Shown here: positions 1-9,507 of the stretch, piece by piece
How positions within the stretch are numbered: position 1 is the stretch's first letter
How the letters are laid out: each line of letters begins with the position of its first letter
IMG/VR virus record: IMGVR_UViG_3300023184_000029
Coordinates: 64,001 to 128,000 of that record
Reading direction: 5' to 3' (one strand)
Source: a virus
Length of the DNA: 64,000 bases
Made by a program: the position numbers and the translations under genes
Notes under the pieces: model-generated
What the model was told of the DNA's origin: nothing
The model's input: only the letters and a program-made list of their open reading frames with translations
Database searches by the model: none

Positions 1-339
1 TATATGATTAACATCAAATCCTTTTGCTATAAATTCTATGATGATTTTTGATAATGTTCCTCCGCTATCACATATATCATCCACAATAAGGATATTACGA
101 TCTTTAGAGAGTTCTTCTACTTCATAAAGTCTAACTTCATTATCATTACTATCTCTAAGCTGACAACTCATCATAATTAGAGGTTTATTTAAAGTATGAC
201 TAATCTTAACAGCTGGAATTAATCCTCCCCTTTTAACACCAACCACATAATCAGGCATCCACTTATCAACATATAGTTGCCGTATAATATATAGAATATC
301 ATGATCAAAGTTATCCCAAGTATAAAATAGTCTGTTCAT
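1..339 (-). CDS. Type I phosphoribosyltransferase (partial, runs off the left edge)
   Basis: Own translation from ATG 339: MNRLFYTW...VVGVKRGGLIPAV...NILIVDDICDSGGTL, which has the PRPP-binding loop. Absent from the ORF track because it is truncated. Confidence 0.85.
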   Translation of the reverse strand, partial: MNRLFYTWDNFDHDILYIIRQLYVDKWMPDYVVGVKRGGLIPAVKISHTLNKPLIMMSCQLRDSNDNEVRLYEVEELSKDRNILIVDDICDSGGTLSKIIIEFIAKGFDVNHI

Positions 340-343
340 TATT

Positions 344-784
344 TTACGCATTTGAATTCCTACAGCTATCACAAAGAGTAGTTATCCAACCGCCCTTATT
401 AGGGTAGCCTTTATTTCCGCAAACTTCACAAATCTTATAACTCATGGCTTCTGCCATGCTAACTAAACCTTCTATATATTCATCACCACCACTAAAATAG
501 ACTCTAAGACCACCAAACTTTTCTTTGATTTGATCAAATTTAACGGGAAAATATTCCGGCAATCCTTTGAGTTTTTCTGGATTATTTTTTTCTAGATATT
601 TTTTATTATCTTCTATACTATTTTCATGTTGAACAATCATCCAACAAAGAGATGACAATATATCATGCCAACCGTTTCCGCAATCACAGCCCCATGACAT
701 ACAGCTACTTTGAATACCTTTATCTTTATTTATAAAGAGATTAGGATATTTTTCAAACAGTTGATTTTGTAATTCTTGATCCAT
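344..784 (-). CDS. Conserved hypothetical phage protein with C-terminal CxxC...CxxC Zn-binding motif
   Basis: 146 aa; QIKEKFGGLRVY motif common in large phages; CEVC and CDSC. Confidence 0.7.
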   Translation of the reverse strand: MDQELQNQLFEKYPNLFINKDKGIQSSCMSWGCDCGNGWHDILSSLCWMIVQHENSIEDNKKYLEKNNPEKLKGLPEYFPVKFDQIKEKFGGLRVYFSGGDEYIEGLVSMAEAMSYKICEVCGNKGYPNKGGWITTLCDSCRNSNA

Positions 785-791
785 AATTTCC

Positions 792-1184
792 TCAGTGAAT
801 ATGGCAGTTACTAGTAAAAATTATACCTCGTTTTTGGGGCGGGTCAATAGGTTTATCAAACTTAATAATGTCTGATACTACCCATCCATATTTAGGCTTA
901 TTATCATTCCACCCATAGTCTTTGTTGTCTTCTTCTACTTTGTGTCTTTGATAATCATCAATCCATGATTGTTTGTCAGGATAAGAGAAAGAATGACTAA
1001 AAGTAATAATTCCGATAATGCGACTTTTAAACTTCCCTTTCTTGCCGGGAGTTTCTATGAGTGCCAAAGGCTCCCCATTATACTTGTCAGGAAGCTGATA
1101 CGTTCTCGTTTCAACGGTTTTCAAGCCATTAATTAAAAGAATACTCCACGGGGCTTGAACATTTAAACCACTCAAACTATTCAC
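792..1184 (-). CDS. ASCH/PUA-like domain protein
   Basis: LNVQAPWSILLINGLKTVETR matches the ASCH signature (PW...I..G.K..E.R). Confidence 0.75.
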   Translation of the reverse strand: MNSLSGLNVQAPWSILLINGLKTVETRTYQLPDKYNGEPLALIETPGKKGKFKSRIIGIITFSHSFSYPDKQSWIDDYQRHKVEEDNKDYGWNDNKPKYGWVVSDIIKFDKPIDPPQKRGIIFTSNCHIH

Positions 1185-1395
1185 AGTTTTCTTTCATCCA
1201 CAAACGGTTCAACTTAATATAGTTCATAATATAATTAGCCGCATTATTTACACTATCTTTAGACTCATAATGGGTCTGTAGCATATTTTTAACAACATAC
1301 TTTTCATCGTCTGTCATCAAACCATCTTTACCAAATCCACCATATTCATCACTAATATAGTCTGCCACAAGATTGGTATACTTTTCAAGTTTCAT
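1177..1395 (-). CDS. Hypothetical protein
   Basis: 72 aa; GGAG RBS; directly behind the promoter at 1417-1445. Confidence 0.7.
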   Translation of the reverse strand: MKLEKYTNLVADYISDEYGGFGKDGLMTDDEKYVVKNMLQTHYESKDSVNNAANYIMNYIKLNRLWMKENCE

Positions 1396-1416
1396 AAGTG
1401 TTCTCCTTGTAGTGCA

Positions 1417-1445
1417 AGTATATCACTCTTATCGGCCTTTGTCAA
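1417..1445 (-). promoter_or_regulatory. Sigma70-type promoter with CCGATA spacer motif
   Basis: TTGACA-aaggCCGATAagagtga-TATACT (17 bp spacer). Confidence 0.8.
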
Positions 1446-1507
1446 GACGAACCTTGAGAATCCCTGATTCTGAAAAAATATTTCAAACCTTTCTGTTAGT
1501 ACTGCGT

Positions 1508-2224
1508 CTATTTAAACTTAATAGACTGAATATCTATATATGTTAAATGCCAATTTAAATAAATACTATTCTTTATCTCTTGATATCCTATGTATTTTTC
1601 TAATCCTGCAAGTATGTTATTATCAGAAATATTTCTTAAATCAAATAATAGCCTACAATAATTAATCATATCATTTTTTGAATTAAAGACCCAAGGACAT
1701 TCTATATCAGAAATACCTAATACTGATAAACTTTCGGGAAATTGTATATCGTGCCAATTATAGTATAATCCTTTATGTTCACCCGTTGAAGTATATTGAC
1801 CAATAAAATTATCTAAAAATAAAGAAATATTACTGTTCAATGAAACATCTGCTAAATGAATTAAACCTTCATTTTTTATGTGTAATGAAATATTTTTTAA
1901 AAAAGAATCTAATTTTTCTATATGATGTATAGAAGCCAAGCATACAATTCTATCAACATTAGGAATATCCCACTTTTCATATGGAGAAACTACTGATATA
2001 TTATTAATAGATTCAGAAAAGTCTAATGACAATACTGTACTATCTTCTGGACAATATTTTTTTAAATATCCTCCTAGAGATGGTATGTCTAATATTATTT
2101 CATTATTTTTTACAGGATATCTAGAAAAAAGTTGATAAAATTCTTGATCCCTAGCATTAGGATACAGACTCATTGCCAAATCATAAGACTGTCCTCTATG
2201 TCTAAAAATATTACTATATTCCAT
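1508..2224 (-). CDS. Class I SAM-dependent methyltransferase-like protein
   Basis: ILDIPSLGGYL resembles motif I; DRIVCLASIHH resembles the post-II motif. Confidence 0.65.
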   Translation of the reverse strand: MEYSNIFRHRGQSYDLAMSLYPNARDQEFYQLFSRYPVKNNEIILDIPSLGGYLKKYCPEDSTVLSLDFSESINNISVVSPYEKWDIPNVDRIVCLASIHHIEKLDSFLKNISLHIKNEGLIHLADVSLNSNISLFLDNFIGQYTSTGEHKGLYYNWHDIQFPESLSVLGISDIECPWVFNSKNDMINYCRLLFDLRNISDNNILAGLEKYIGYQEIKNSIYLNWHLTYIDIQSIKFK

Positions 2225-2226
2225 AT

Positions 2227-2667
2227 TTATATACTCTGATCCCAGATAACCATAACAATATTTTCTTGAGTTGGAATAACTAATTCAGCCCCAGAAAACT
2301 TTTGTGGAAAATGTTGTGCATATTTCATGCCGTCTAATTTTTTAAGAAATACTCTACATACTATTTTATTAGCAAGTTTTAGAAGATGGTCAATAAGTTC
2401 TATACCAGCAAGATTTAATATTCCGTCGCCAATAATCACAGAGGATTTTTGATCTAATTTTCCCCAATCGGACTGAATAACAGGTTTATTTTGTGGTATT
2501 GGATTAATATCAACCATAAAATCACATAAGGGAATCAACTCTTTTGTCATTCCCAATAAACAAACTGGACTTATTCCGCTTGTATGAAGTTTAAATAATT
2601 CTACTTCATATTCATTTGGAGATAAAGGAGGTTTAAGATTTTGCCAATGCTGAGTATCTTGTATCAT
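2227..2667 (-). CDS. Hypothetical protein (possible degenerate Rossmann/MTase fold)
   Basis: 146 aa; LLGMT...VDINP; tightly packed in the operon. Confidence 0.6.
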   Translation of the reverse strand: MIQDTQHWQNLKPPLSPNEYEVELFKLHTSGISPVCLLGMTKELIPLCDFMVDINPIPQNKPVIQSDWGKLDQKSSVIIGDGILNLAGIELIDHLLKLANKIVCRVFLKKLDGMKYAQHFPQKFSGAELVIPTQENIVMVIWDQSI

Positions 2668-2668
2668 T

Positions 2669-3328
2669 TTATTTTTGACTTTTGATCGTATTAAGTTCTA
2701 TACAAGTTTTACATTTTCCACATTCTTTAAATATATCCTTATCACTAATAATAGGAGTCCTACAACTCCAAGTCATGTTTCTTAGTTCTGTAGGAATAGT
2801 ATTATATATCTCTGCTTTTGTTAAATGTTCAACAGGATATACTTTTTCAACATTTGGAACAAATAGTTTCAATATTTGTGTTCCCCTAATAGCTCTTTCT
2901 TCTATATCTGCACCCATATCAGATTTTGTGCGACCTACAGCAATTTTTTTAATATTAGGTAAACACTTACAAATAGAAGCCGCAATAAAATTGTATATAT
3001 CACTATCAAACATAAAATTTTGATTAATAACTATAGCATCCGCCGTTTCTGTTAAATACGAATAAAAAGGATATTCATGATAACTTTGACTATATTTAAC
3101 TTTGTATGATTGAGATACATACGAAAGAATATTTCTAACAGACCGCTGCTCCGCTTCTGCTCTTTGTTCTTTATTCAGAAGATATAAATGATGTAGATGT
3201 ATTTTGTTCTCTTTGTTCTGCAATAATTGCCATAAAGCCCCAGTAGAATCTAATCCACCAGAAAACATCAGTAATATATTTGAATCATCAATATCTATAT
3301 TTTGTTTTTTTAATATATCTTCTATCAT
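2669..3328 (-). CDS. QueC-like PP-loop ATPase (7-cyano-7-deazaguanine synthase family)
   Basis: LLMFSGGLDST PP-loop; C-terminal SC...CGKCKTC Zn motif. Confidence 0.75.
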   Translation of the reverse strand: MIEDILKKQNIDIDDSNILLMFSGGLDSTGALWQLLQNKENKIHLHHLYLLNKEQRAEAEQRSVRNILSYVSQSYKVKYSQSYHEYPFYSYLTETADAIVINQNFMFDSDIYNFIAASICKCLPNIKKIAVGRTKSDMGADIEERAIRGTQILKLFVPNVEKVYPVEHLTKAEIYNTIPTELRNMTWSCRTPIISDKDIFKECGKCKTCIELNTIKSQK

Positions 3329-3391
3329 TAGTTATATTCTTTCATTCATCTTTAGTAATATTATATCTAAGCTCTAATTATGTGATAATAA

Positions 3392-4078
3392 CTATACAAA
3401 CTTTTCTAAAGTTATTATACCATCTTTTATCCCTAAATAAGTGCAGGTTTTTTCTGTCCAACATCCACTATTAGCATACCATACAGAATGGTTTTTATCA
3501 AGTAAAGGATAATGAGTATGGCCCAAACAAACACAATCAATTTGTTTACCTATTGAATAGTTTCTGGATTTTTCCATCATATTCTCATTACATCTTAAAT
3601 AAGTCTTTGAGCGATGTTTAATAAATTTGGGCAAAAATCTTTTATCAAGTCTCTGAATTGTTCTATACATAAAATCTGCTACTCTTGTAGTATTAGGATA
3701 TTTATATATAAAATCGTCAAATTGATCTCCATGCAAGCACAAGAAGTTTTTATCTCCACTAGAAAAGATATACTCATTCTTAAAATCTAATCCTATTAGA
3801 TGAGATATGTTTTCAGCATCTCCATCATGGTTCCCTCTTATCCAGACTATTTCTACATATTTACTCATTCGTCGTAATAAAGACAATATTTTCCAATGAT
3901 TTTTCTTTATTCTACGAAAATCTAGGTTATCAAAAAAATCCCCATTAATAATCAATTTATTTGTTTTAGTATAAACTAATCCTAAAAAAGCATATAATTG
4001 TTTGCTCTCACAAACACTACTTCCTAAATGAGTATCGCTTATTATTATTGCATCCAGCAATTTTGAATTTTTGGTCAT
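3392..4078 (-). CDS. Calcineurin-like metallophosphoesterase (LpxH-like)
   Basis: SDTHLG, NGDFFD, GNHD, HGD and GHTH motifs. Confidence 0.9.
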   Translation of the reverse strand: MTKNSKLLDAIIISDTHLGSSVCESKQLYAFLGLVYTKTNKLIINGDFFDNLDFRRIKKNHWKILSLLRRMSKYVEIVWIRGNHDGDAENISHLIGLDFKNEYIFSSGDKNFLCLHGDQFDDFIYKYPNTTRVADFMYRTIQRLDKRFLPKFIKHRSKTYLRCNENMMEKSRNYSIGKQIDCVCLGHTHYPLLDKNHSVWYANSGCWTEKTCTYLGIKDGIITLEKFV

Positions 4079-4157
4079 TTTCTCAATACTTTAGAGTAAT
4101 TTAACCCCTTGATACTCTAAAATACACTAATTTAGTAGTGAATATAATTCTCAATAT

Positions 4158-4451
4158 TCATTTCTTTTCCCCAATAGTTTCATATTCTTGTATCCAAGCA
4201 TTATAAACATCTTTAGCCTGTTGATGAGTATCACAAGAATAAATTATCCTAAATTTATGAAGATCAACTTCCCTAACAATATCGTTACCGTCTATTTCTT
4301 CATTAAACTGAGGAAGCCCCAATAGTTCTATCCAAGTTTTTTGTGTCACTATAGATTCTTCAGACAAAAGTATATCTTCTTCTAGTTCGTTTGGAATATA
4401 TAGTGGGGGCCATCTCCATGAACGAGATGAAATAAAATCTTGATTATTCAT
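4158..4451 (-). CDS. Hypothetical protein
   Basis: 97 aa; overlaps the next gene by 4 bp. Confidence 0.6.
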   Translation of the reverse strand: MNNQDFISSRSWRWPPLYIPNELEEDILLSEESIVTQKTWIELLGLPQFNEEIDGNDIVREVDLHKFRIIYSCDTHQQAKDVYNAWIQEYETIGEKK

Positions 4452-4681
4452 TGATTATGCTCCAAATACTTATATATAAAATCGGCCAGACCTTTTAATT
4501 CTTCCCTACTAATTGGTGGATGAGCATAATTTTTAGTACAGCCTAACATTAAGCCATAATTATCAATAAACATCATGCCTTTATGAAATAGATGAAGATT
4601 AAAAGAGTCTGCTCTAAATGTACTCTTGTTTGATAAATTTTTATTTTCCATTAAAACAACTCCCCATATCCATTCCACCAA
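4448..4681 (-). CDS. Small paralog-family protein 1 (C-terminal EELKGLADFIY helix)
   Basis: C-terminal motif shared with four other ORFs. Confidence 0.65.
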   Translation of the reverse strand: MVEWIWGVVLMENKNLSNKSTFRADSFNLHLFHKGMMFIDNYGLMLGCTKNYAHPPISREELKGLADFIYKYLEHNQ

Positions 4682-4739
4682 TCATAAATACGAATACTAG
4701 CCATATAGCCAAGAATAGCAAACAATACAAGACCAGCCA

Positions 4740-4949
4740 TTAGTTATTCTCCAAATTTTTATTAAGAAAATCGGCCAAACCCTTTAACTTATCTTTAGTC
4801 ACTTGAAAGGCAACACTCTTATCATTTCGATCATTATAAATCGAAACATAACAAGAATTTCCATTCGTTACCATTTCCACACTAATATCCTTATCAATAT
4901 CATAATGAGCAGGATTAACTGTTTGCATATAATAATCTCTATCAACCAT
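4740..4949 (-). CDS. Small paralog-family protein 2
   Basis: ...VTKDKLKGLADFLNKNLE. Confidence 0.7.
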   Translation of the reverse strand: MVDRDYYMQTVNPAHYDIDKDISVEMVTNGNSCYVSIYNDRNDKSVAFQVTKDKLKGLADFLNKNLENN

Positions 4950-5155
4950 TAGTTATTTTCTCCTAGAAAGCTTTTAATAAAGTTCCCCAATCCCCTTAAC
5001 TCATCCTTGGTCATTCTAACAGCTAGATATTCCCAACTAATAACATTACTAACATCAAACTTGACCATATTTTCCGACAGCATTTCAATATCAAATCGGG
5101 TAACATCAGCCTTATAAAAGTCTTTCATCACAATACTCATTAAAGATTCTCCCAA
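4949..5155 (-). CDS. Small paralog-family protein 3
   Basis: ...MTKDELRGLGNFIKSFLGE. Confidence 0.7.
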   Translation of the reverse strand: MGESLMSIVMKDFYKADVTRFDIEMLSENMVKFDVSNVISWEYLAVRMTKDELRGLGNFIKSFLGENN

Positions 5156-5544
5156 TTTTTGTCAATAATATTTGCAATAGTCTTAAATTTTCGCCCAAAA
5201 TCATTTACATCAGCAAGATTATTATTAATACCATCGGTATCAGTAAACTTACCGTCGTGACTTTTCATACCAGCCCATTTTCTTACTTTTTCTGGTAACA
5301 TATCAGTGCTATTACCAAATCTTACAAAACCAAAACTATAATCGTAGCAACCTTTCACAGTTTTGACCGGAATGGTTTTCTTGTGATTCTTTTTCATTTC
5401 ATCATTATACAACTCACAAAGAACCCCAAGGCAACAATGCTGGGCCTGCTCCCTGTTATTAAATTGCTTGAGAGTTCCCACCCCTTGTTTAAACTTGCCA
5501 GAACAAAGAGCCTTAACCCACTTTTTCATAATGTTATTTTTCAT
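5140..5544 (-). CDS. Conserved hypothetical phage protein
   Basis: WVKALCSGKFKQG...HCCLGVLCEL, a motif pattern widespread in phages. Confidence 0.75.
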   Translation of the reverse strand: MKNNIMKKWVKALCSGKFKQGVGTLKQFNNREQAQHCCLGVLCELYNDEMKKNHKKTIPVKTVKGCYDYSFGFVRFGNSTDMLPEKVRKWAGMKSHDGKFTDTDGINNNLADVNDFGRKFKTIANIIDKNWENL

Positions 5545-5828
5545 TTATTTATCCTTTCAATAATACCAGATCTCCCAAGAGCAATTCTTACCCCCAGTTT
5601 CTTATCATAATTATCATTTCTGCTACAAAGAGCAACTCCCTCAAAATGAAATCCATTAGGACTATCAATAATGATATGAGTTGATCCACCCTTAGTATCT
5701 GGCTCAAGTGGAGAGGAGCCAATAATAACTGAAGGATTAGCAGTTTGCCACTTAAATCTGCCCATATAAAGTCGATTATGAAGAACCTTTACCTTAAAAC
5801 CTTTATTACGAAGTTCTTGAACGGTCAT
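5541..5828 (-). CDS. Hypothetical phage protein (gp49/66-like motif)
   Basis: GVALCSRNDNYDKKLGVRIALGR. Confidence 0.6.
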   Translation of the reverse strand: MTVQELRNKGFKVKVLHNRLYMGRFKWQTANPSVIIGSSPLEPDTKGGSTHIIIDSPNGFHFEGVALCSRNDNYDKKLGVRIALGRSGIIERINK

Positions 5829-6030
5829 TATTTATTCTCCCATAATGGATATTGTTTTTCATTCTTATCTAATTGATCGGCCAATTTTGCCACTTCTCTT
5901 TCGCTCCATCCTGTAAAATAACCCCTCATAAATATTTGGGTTAATTGATTACGGTCTTTTTCATGCTCATAATATTTTTGTACAGCCTCTATCCAAGTTT
6001 TTGTTGCTAATTATAGGGGATTTTCAGTCA

Positions 6031-6228
6031 TTACTTATTCTCAACATCAAAGTCCAAAAGGTCGGGATTAATAAGGTCAGTCATATAGTCTTTAATTAAA
6101 CCATGCAGAGAATCGTCATCTACCGCTGTAACCCAAATATCCTCTATAATCTTATCAACAAGATCACAAACATCTTTAAAGTTATTGCGATCTAAGTTTA
6201 CAAACTCTTGTTTGACGTTAACTGCCAC
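6031..6228 (-). CDS. Hypothetical acidic protein
   Basis: GTG start with GGAG RBS. Confidence 0.6.
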   Translation of the reverse strand: MAVNVKQEFVNLDRNNFKDVCDLVDKIIEDIWVTAVDDDSLHGLIKDYMTDLINPDLLDFDVENK

Positions 6229-6376
6229 TAGTTATTCTCCAAAACTATTTGTTTAAAAATATTGATTTGTACTAAAACATCCCAAAAACTATATCCATAG
6301 CCCTCTTGCAATCTCAAATCTTCTCCATAAAAAATATTATAACAATATCTGTTATCATAACGATAGATGCTAATCT

Positions 6377-6664
6377 TCATTTATTTGTTTCTTTAAATTT
6401 GAATTGACCATATAAAGACTCAAACATATGATTAACCACTATGCCAGCAATATTATTAATGCTATTTTTTGGATCAGCCATTACCCCAATTAACAAATGA
6501 AATTCGTGTTTATGAAGGGGGTCCAACTGAATTAGTAATGATCCATTCCTCATTCTGTTAAAGTGAAAATCTTTATACTCTGAACAGATATACTTTAATA
6601 CTCTTGCGTGATATTTCTTATAATCTGCTTTACTATCAAATTTTTCATTCATAGTTTTTACCAA
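6377..6664 (-). CDS. Hypothetical protein
   Basis: 95 aa, co-oriented with neighbours. Confidence 0.55.
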   Translation of the reverse strand: MVKTMNEKFDSKADYKKYHARVLKYICSEYKDFHFNRMRNGSLLIQLDPLHKHEFHLLIGVMADPKNSINNIAGIVVNHMFESLYGQFKFKETNK

Positions 6665-6746
6665 CCGATTATCCTATCTATAAATGTCGCACATTGCATA
6701 GTGGCTATGAAATATAGTAAATAATACTCCCATCGTGGAATAGTTA

Positions 6747-6935
6747 TCATTTCTTTTCCTCGTAAGGATTAAATCCTGTAAGTTGGTAATAAAAAGAAAA
6801 TAATCTTTGTATACGACTGTTGGCGTCATCATAGATTTTCCAACCATTTTCTGTATCAGTATCTATAGTGTCCTTATAGTCTTGAACACAACTAATAGCA
6901 TAAGCAATATCTTCAGCTAGTGTTGGTCTAATCAT
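6747..6935 (-). CDS. Hypothetical protein
   Basis: 62 aa; start overlaps the upstream stop. Confidence 0.6.
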   Translation of the reverse strand: MIRPTLAEDIAYAISCVQDYKDTIDTDTENGWKIYDDANSRIQRLFSFYYQLTGFNPYEEKK

Positions 6936-7138
6936 TATTTTTCCCCATCACAATATTGATGCTCAGAGTATTCTTCCAACCATTCATGAAAAGCATTATT
7001 AGCATCAAGATAGTTGTCAAAATAGGCGATCTTTTTAAACTTGTGAGTTTCAGTTTGTCTAAGAATTAATCGCCCCCAAACAAGTTCATTACCTTGAGGA
7101 ACTCCATAAAGTTCCATTTTAGTTTGTGGTCTGTTCAT
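6935..7138 (-). CDS. Hypothetical protein
   Basis: 67 aa; coupled to neighbours. Confidence 0.6.
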   Translation of the reverse strand: MNRPQTKMELYGVPQGNELVWGRLILRQTETHKFKKIAYFDNYLDANNAFHEWLEEYSEHQYCDGEK

Positions 7139-7408
7139 TTATTTTTCCCCAATAGTCTCATAAATAAAATCCGCCAATGCTAGTAATTCTTCTTTTGTGG
7201 TTGGTGGATTGATTACATTATGCTTCTTGTTTGTTCTAAAGACCATACCATACTCATAACTGGTTAAGTTATCAGAATATCCACCAAAACGATCACGCTC
7301 TATAGCAAGATCAAAATATTCACCATCAAAAATATTCTGTTTAGGTATATAGCTACTCATTTCTTCCACCATGCTCAATATCCAACTGATAACTTTCCAG
7401 AGAGTCAA
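7139..7408 (-). CDS. Small paralog-family protein 4 (true start probably downstream of 7408)
   Basis: ...PPTTKEELLALADFIYETIGE. Confidence 0.6.
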   Translation of the reverse strand: MTLWKVISWILSMVEEMSSYIPKQNIFDGEYFDLAIERDRFGGYSDNLTSYEYGMVFRTNKKHNVINPPTTKEELLALADFIYETIGEK

Positions 7409-7437
7409 GAATTAGGCCAACTTCATGTTTATCAAGA

Positions 7438-7914
7438 TTAATATTCATTATTCTTCATCCTATTATTTATTAGATTCATTCCAAAAATCTTGTGATTAAT
7501 TCCCATTGTTCGTTTTTCTGGTATAAAAAAGTCTTTATCAAGACGGAAATTATAGTCTGTAATAAGTTTGTTTATTATTAGATTCATTACTATAAATGGA
7601 GATACATTAAAACTATCACTATCTAACCAATTAACATTGGTGGGAATTTCCATAGAGTCTTTAATTCCAAATCCATCAATTGAAAAATACAGATTGAGTT
7701 TTTCAGTACAGGGTACTCCTGTAGTATACAATTCCAAACTATTCAAAGAAGTAATATTACACTTAAAGTCGAGATTATTTATGAATAGTTCAGCAACCCT
7801 TTCTGCTATATCATAACGAATATTAGATGGTTTGACCTTGCCACTAGCAATAAGAGGTAAACTTGATAAACAAGCAAAACTATCTCCTATAAAATTTCTT
7901 CTATTAATACTCAT
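7438..7914 (-). CDS. Protein with twin-arginine (Tat)-like signal peptide
   Basis: MSINRRNFIG...ACLSSLPLIAS. Confidence 0.6.
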   Translation of the reverse strand: MSINRRNFIGDSFACLSSLPLIASGKVKPSNIRYDIAERVAELFINNLDFKCNITSLNSLELYTTGVPCTEKLNLYFSIDGFGIKDSMEIPTNVNWLDSDSFNVSPFIVMNLIINKLITDYNFRLDKDFFIPEKRTMGINHKIFGMNLINNRMKNNEY

Positions 7915-8180
7915 TTCTTTTCTTCTTCAAGAATTTTATAAATAAAATCGGCCATTCCCTTTAGAGTTTCCCTATTCATATCCAATATATAATCATTAAG
8001 AATATCGCCATTATCCCAAAAGTCCACCCTAAACATCTCCCCATTCTTTAGAGAGATTTTATCTATGATTAAAGATAGATCATGATCAATTTGATATTGA
8101 TTTTTGGATTGATGACCATTTTTGATATTAGATTTATAGTTCTTGTTTGATTTAGTATTCATTTCTGGCTCATTTCCCAC
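7911..8180 (-). CDS. Small paralog-family protein 5
   Basis: ...MNRETLKGMADFIYKILEE. Confidence 0.65.
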   Translation of the reverse strand: MGNEPEMNTKSNKNYKSNIKNGHQSKNQYQIDHDLSLIIDKISLKNGEMFRVDFWDNGDILNDYILDMNRETLKGMADFIYKILEEEKK

Positions 8181-8355
8181 TAAAGACTATTTGATTTCTA
8201 TCTTGATGGGCTAGTTTCCCACCAATATGCCTCATCATAATGTGGGCATTAGTATAGTTTGGGTTGTCTTTGTGTTGTTTTTCGGTCAAAAACCATCCTA
8301 AAACTTGGTGCAAAATTTCTAGTTCCTTATCAGTCAGTTGAATCGTCTTATACAT
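8170..8355 (-). CDS. Hypothetical protein
   Basis: 61 aa; downstream of the promoter at 8401-8428. Confidence 0.6.
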   Translation of the reverse strand: MYKTIQLTDKELEILHQVLGWFLTEKQHKDNPNYTNAHIMMRHIGGKLAHQDRNQIVFSGK

Positions 8356-8400
8356 CTTTTTCAGCCTAAAATTAAACTTTTTACCCGTATCAGTACCAAC

Positions 8401-8474
8401 AGTATACCATACAACTCCATAGTGTCAAGTATCGACAAAAGGGGATTGACAACTTTAGCCAAGTCTGGTAGAAT
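8401..8474. promoter_or_regulatory. Back-to-back sigma70-type promoters
   Basis: Minus: TTGACA(8428)-16-TATACT(8401). Plus: TTGACA(8446)-17-TAGAAT(8474). Confidence 0.7.
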
Positions 8475-8573
8475 TAGACTTGTGAGAATCCTTAAATTTC
8501 ACCACCGGATAAGATAATAAGTAAATTTTAATTGATTAATGTGAAAAATAGGACGTATAAGCTAAGAATACTC

Positions 8574-8765
8574 TTATTCGGCGTTGATCTGGGATTCTTG
8601 AGAGGTATATATGGTGGAATTTGATGTGTTAAATATCTCTTTTTTCATTAAAAAATGCACAGAAACCATAGAAACTATTGTAATTAGACCCACAAATACT
8701 AGTTCTTTGATAAAAGGCACATGAAATTCATTAATTTTGATTTTGGTCATAATTATCGTCCTCAT
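8574..8765 (-). CDS. Small membrane protein
   Basis: One hydrophobic segment (ELVFVGLITIVSMVSVHFL). Confidence 0.5.
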   Translation of the reverse strand: MRTIIMTKIKINEFHVPFIKELVFVGLITIVSMVSVHFLMKKEIFNTSNSTIYTSQESQINAE

Positions 8766-8857
8766 AAAGATAATCTTGTAAATAGCTAACTAATGCCCAA
8801 TGTAGTATGGTGCAGGAAAGAATAATCTGTGGGCCATATAAAATTAAAGGATCATTA

Positions 8858-9141
8858 TTAAGCATTATAATAGTCCACAATTCTGCTAAAAATATATGAC
8901 AGTACTATGATTCCTAAAATACTAATTATTAGTCGGGATAGATCATCATGTATGTATGTTGGTAGTAGTGGTTTGCTTACTACTGTATTCTGAAAAAATA
9001 AAGTTATCATTTCTTATATCCATTAATATCTCTGGAACTTGATCCATTAGGATCATAATAACTTATAAGAATAGAAAAAGCAATAATACTAATTATTATT
9101 AAGGATCCAACAACTATGGCTAAAATTTGAGTAATAGTCAT
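8858..9141 (-). CDS. Two micro-ORFs encoding single-TM peptides (9007-9141, 44 aa; 8858-9010, 50 aa)
   Basis: Own translation: MTITQILAIVVGSLIIISIIAFSILIS... and MITLFFQ...LIISILGIIVLSYIFS...; ATGA overlap between them. Confidence 0.5.
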
Positions 9142-9242
9142 TTTATTTTGGGGGCGGATTATTATGGTCTATAAAAAATTTATGACAAATATATATTGTT
9201 GTTTCAACTAATATCACAGACAAGACTAGAAAACCTAAAAGA

Positions 9243-9449
9243 TTAAGTATCTGAACCATAACCAAAAGCCTTTTTAATTAGACCAAAAAAATAATTTGTT
9301 TTACTTTCTGGTTTTATAATATCTTCTGTACTTTTTAAAGTGGGGGATTCATTATTACAATTTCTCTTACATTTTTCCCCACAACTCTTTTTGGGGGTTG
9401 TTTTCTTTTTGGGCTTAGAAGAATCAGACTTGGGTTTCTTTTTATTCAT
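9243..9449 (-). CDS. Small basic Lys-rich protein
   Basis: MNKKKPKSDSSKPKKKTTPKK. Confidence 0.55.
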   Translation of the reverse strand: MNKKKPKSDSSKPKKKTTPKKSCGEKCKRNCNNESPTLKSTEDIIKPESKTNYFFGLIKKAFGYGSDT

Positions 9450-9461
9450 ATTTAATTCTCG

Positions 9462-9507
9462 CTGACTATAACCACTTAAACCAAATCTGCTGGTTTAGGT
9501 GGGACTA
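9462..9507. repeat. Dispersed repeat family B, copy 1
   Basis: CTGACTA-N13-CAAATC-TGCTG-GTTTAG-N4-GAC. Confidence 0.65.
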
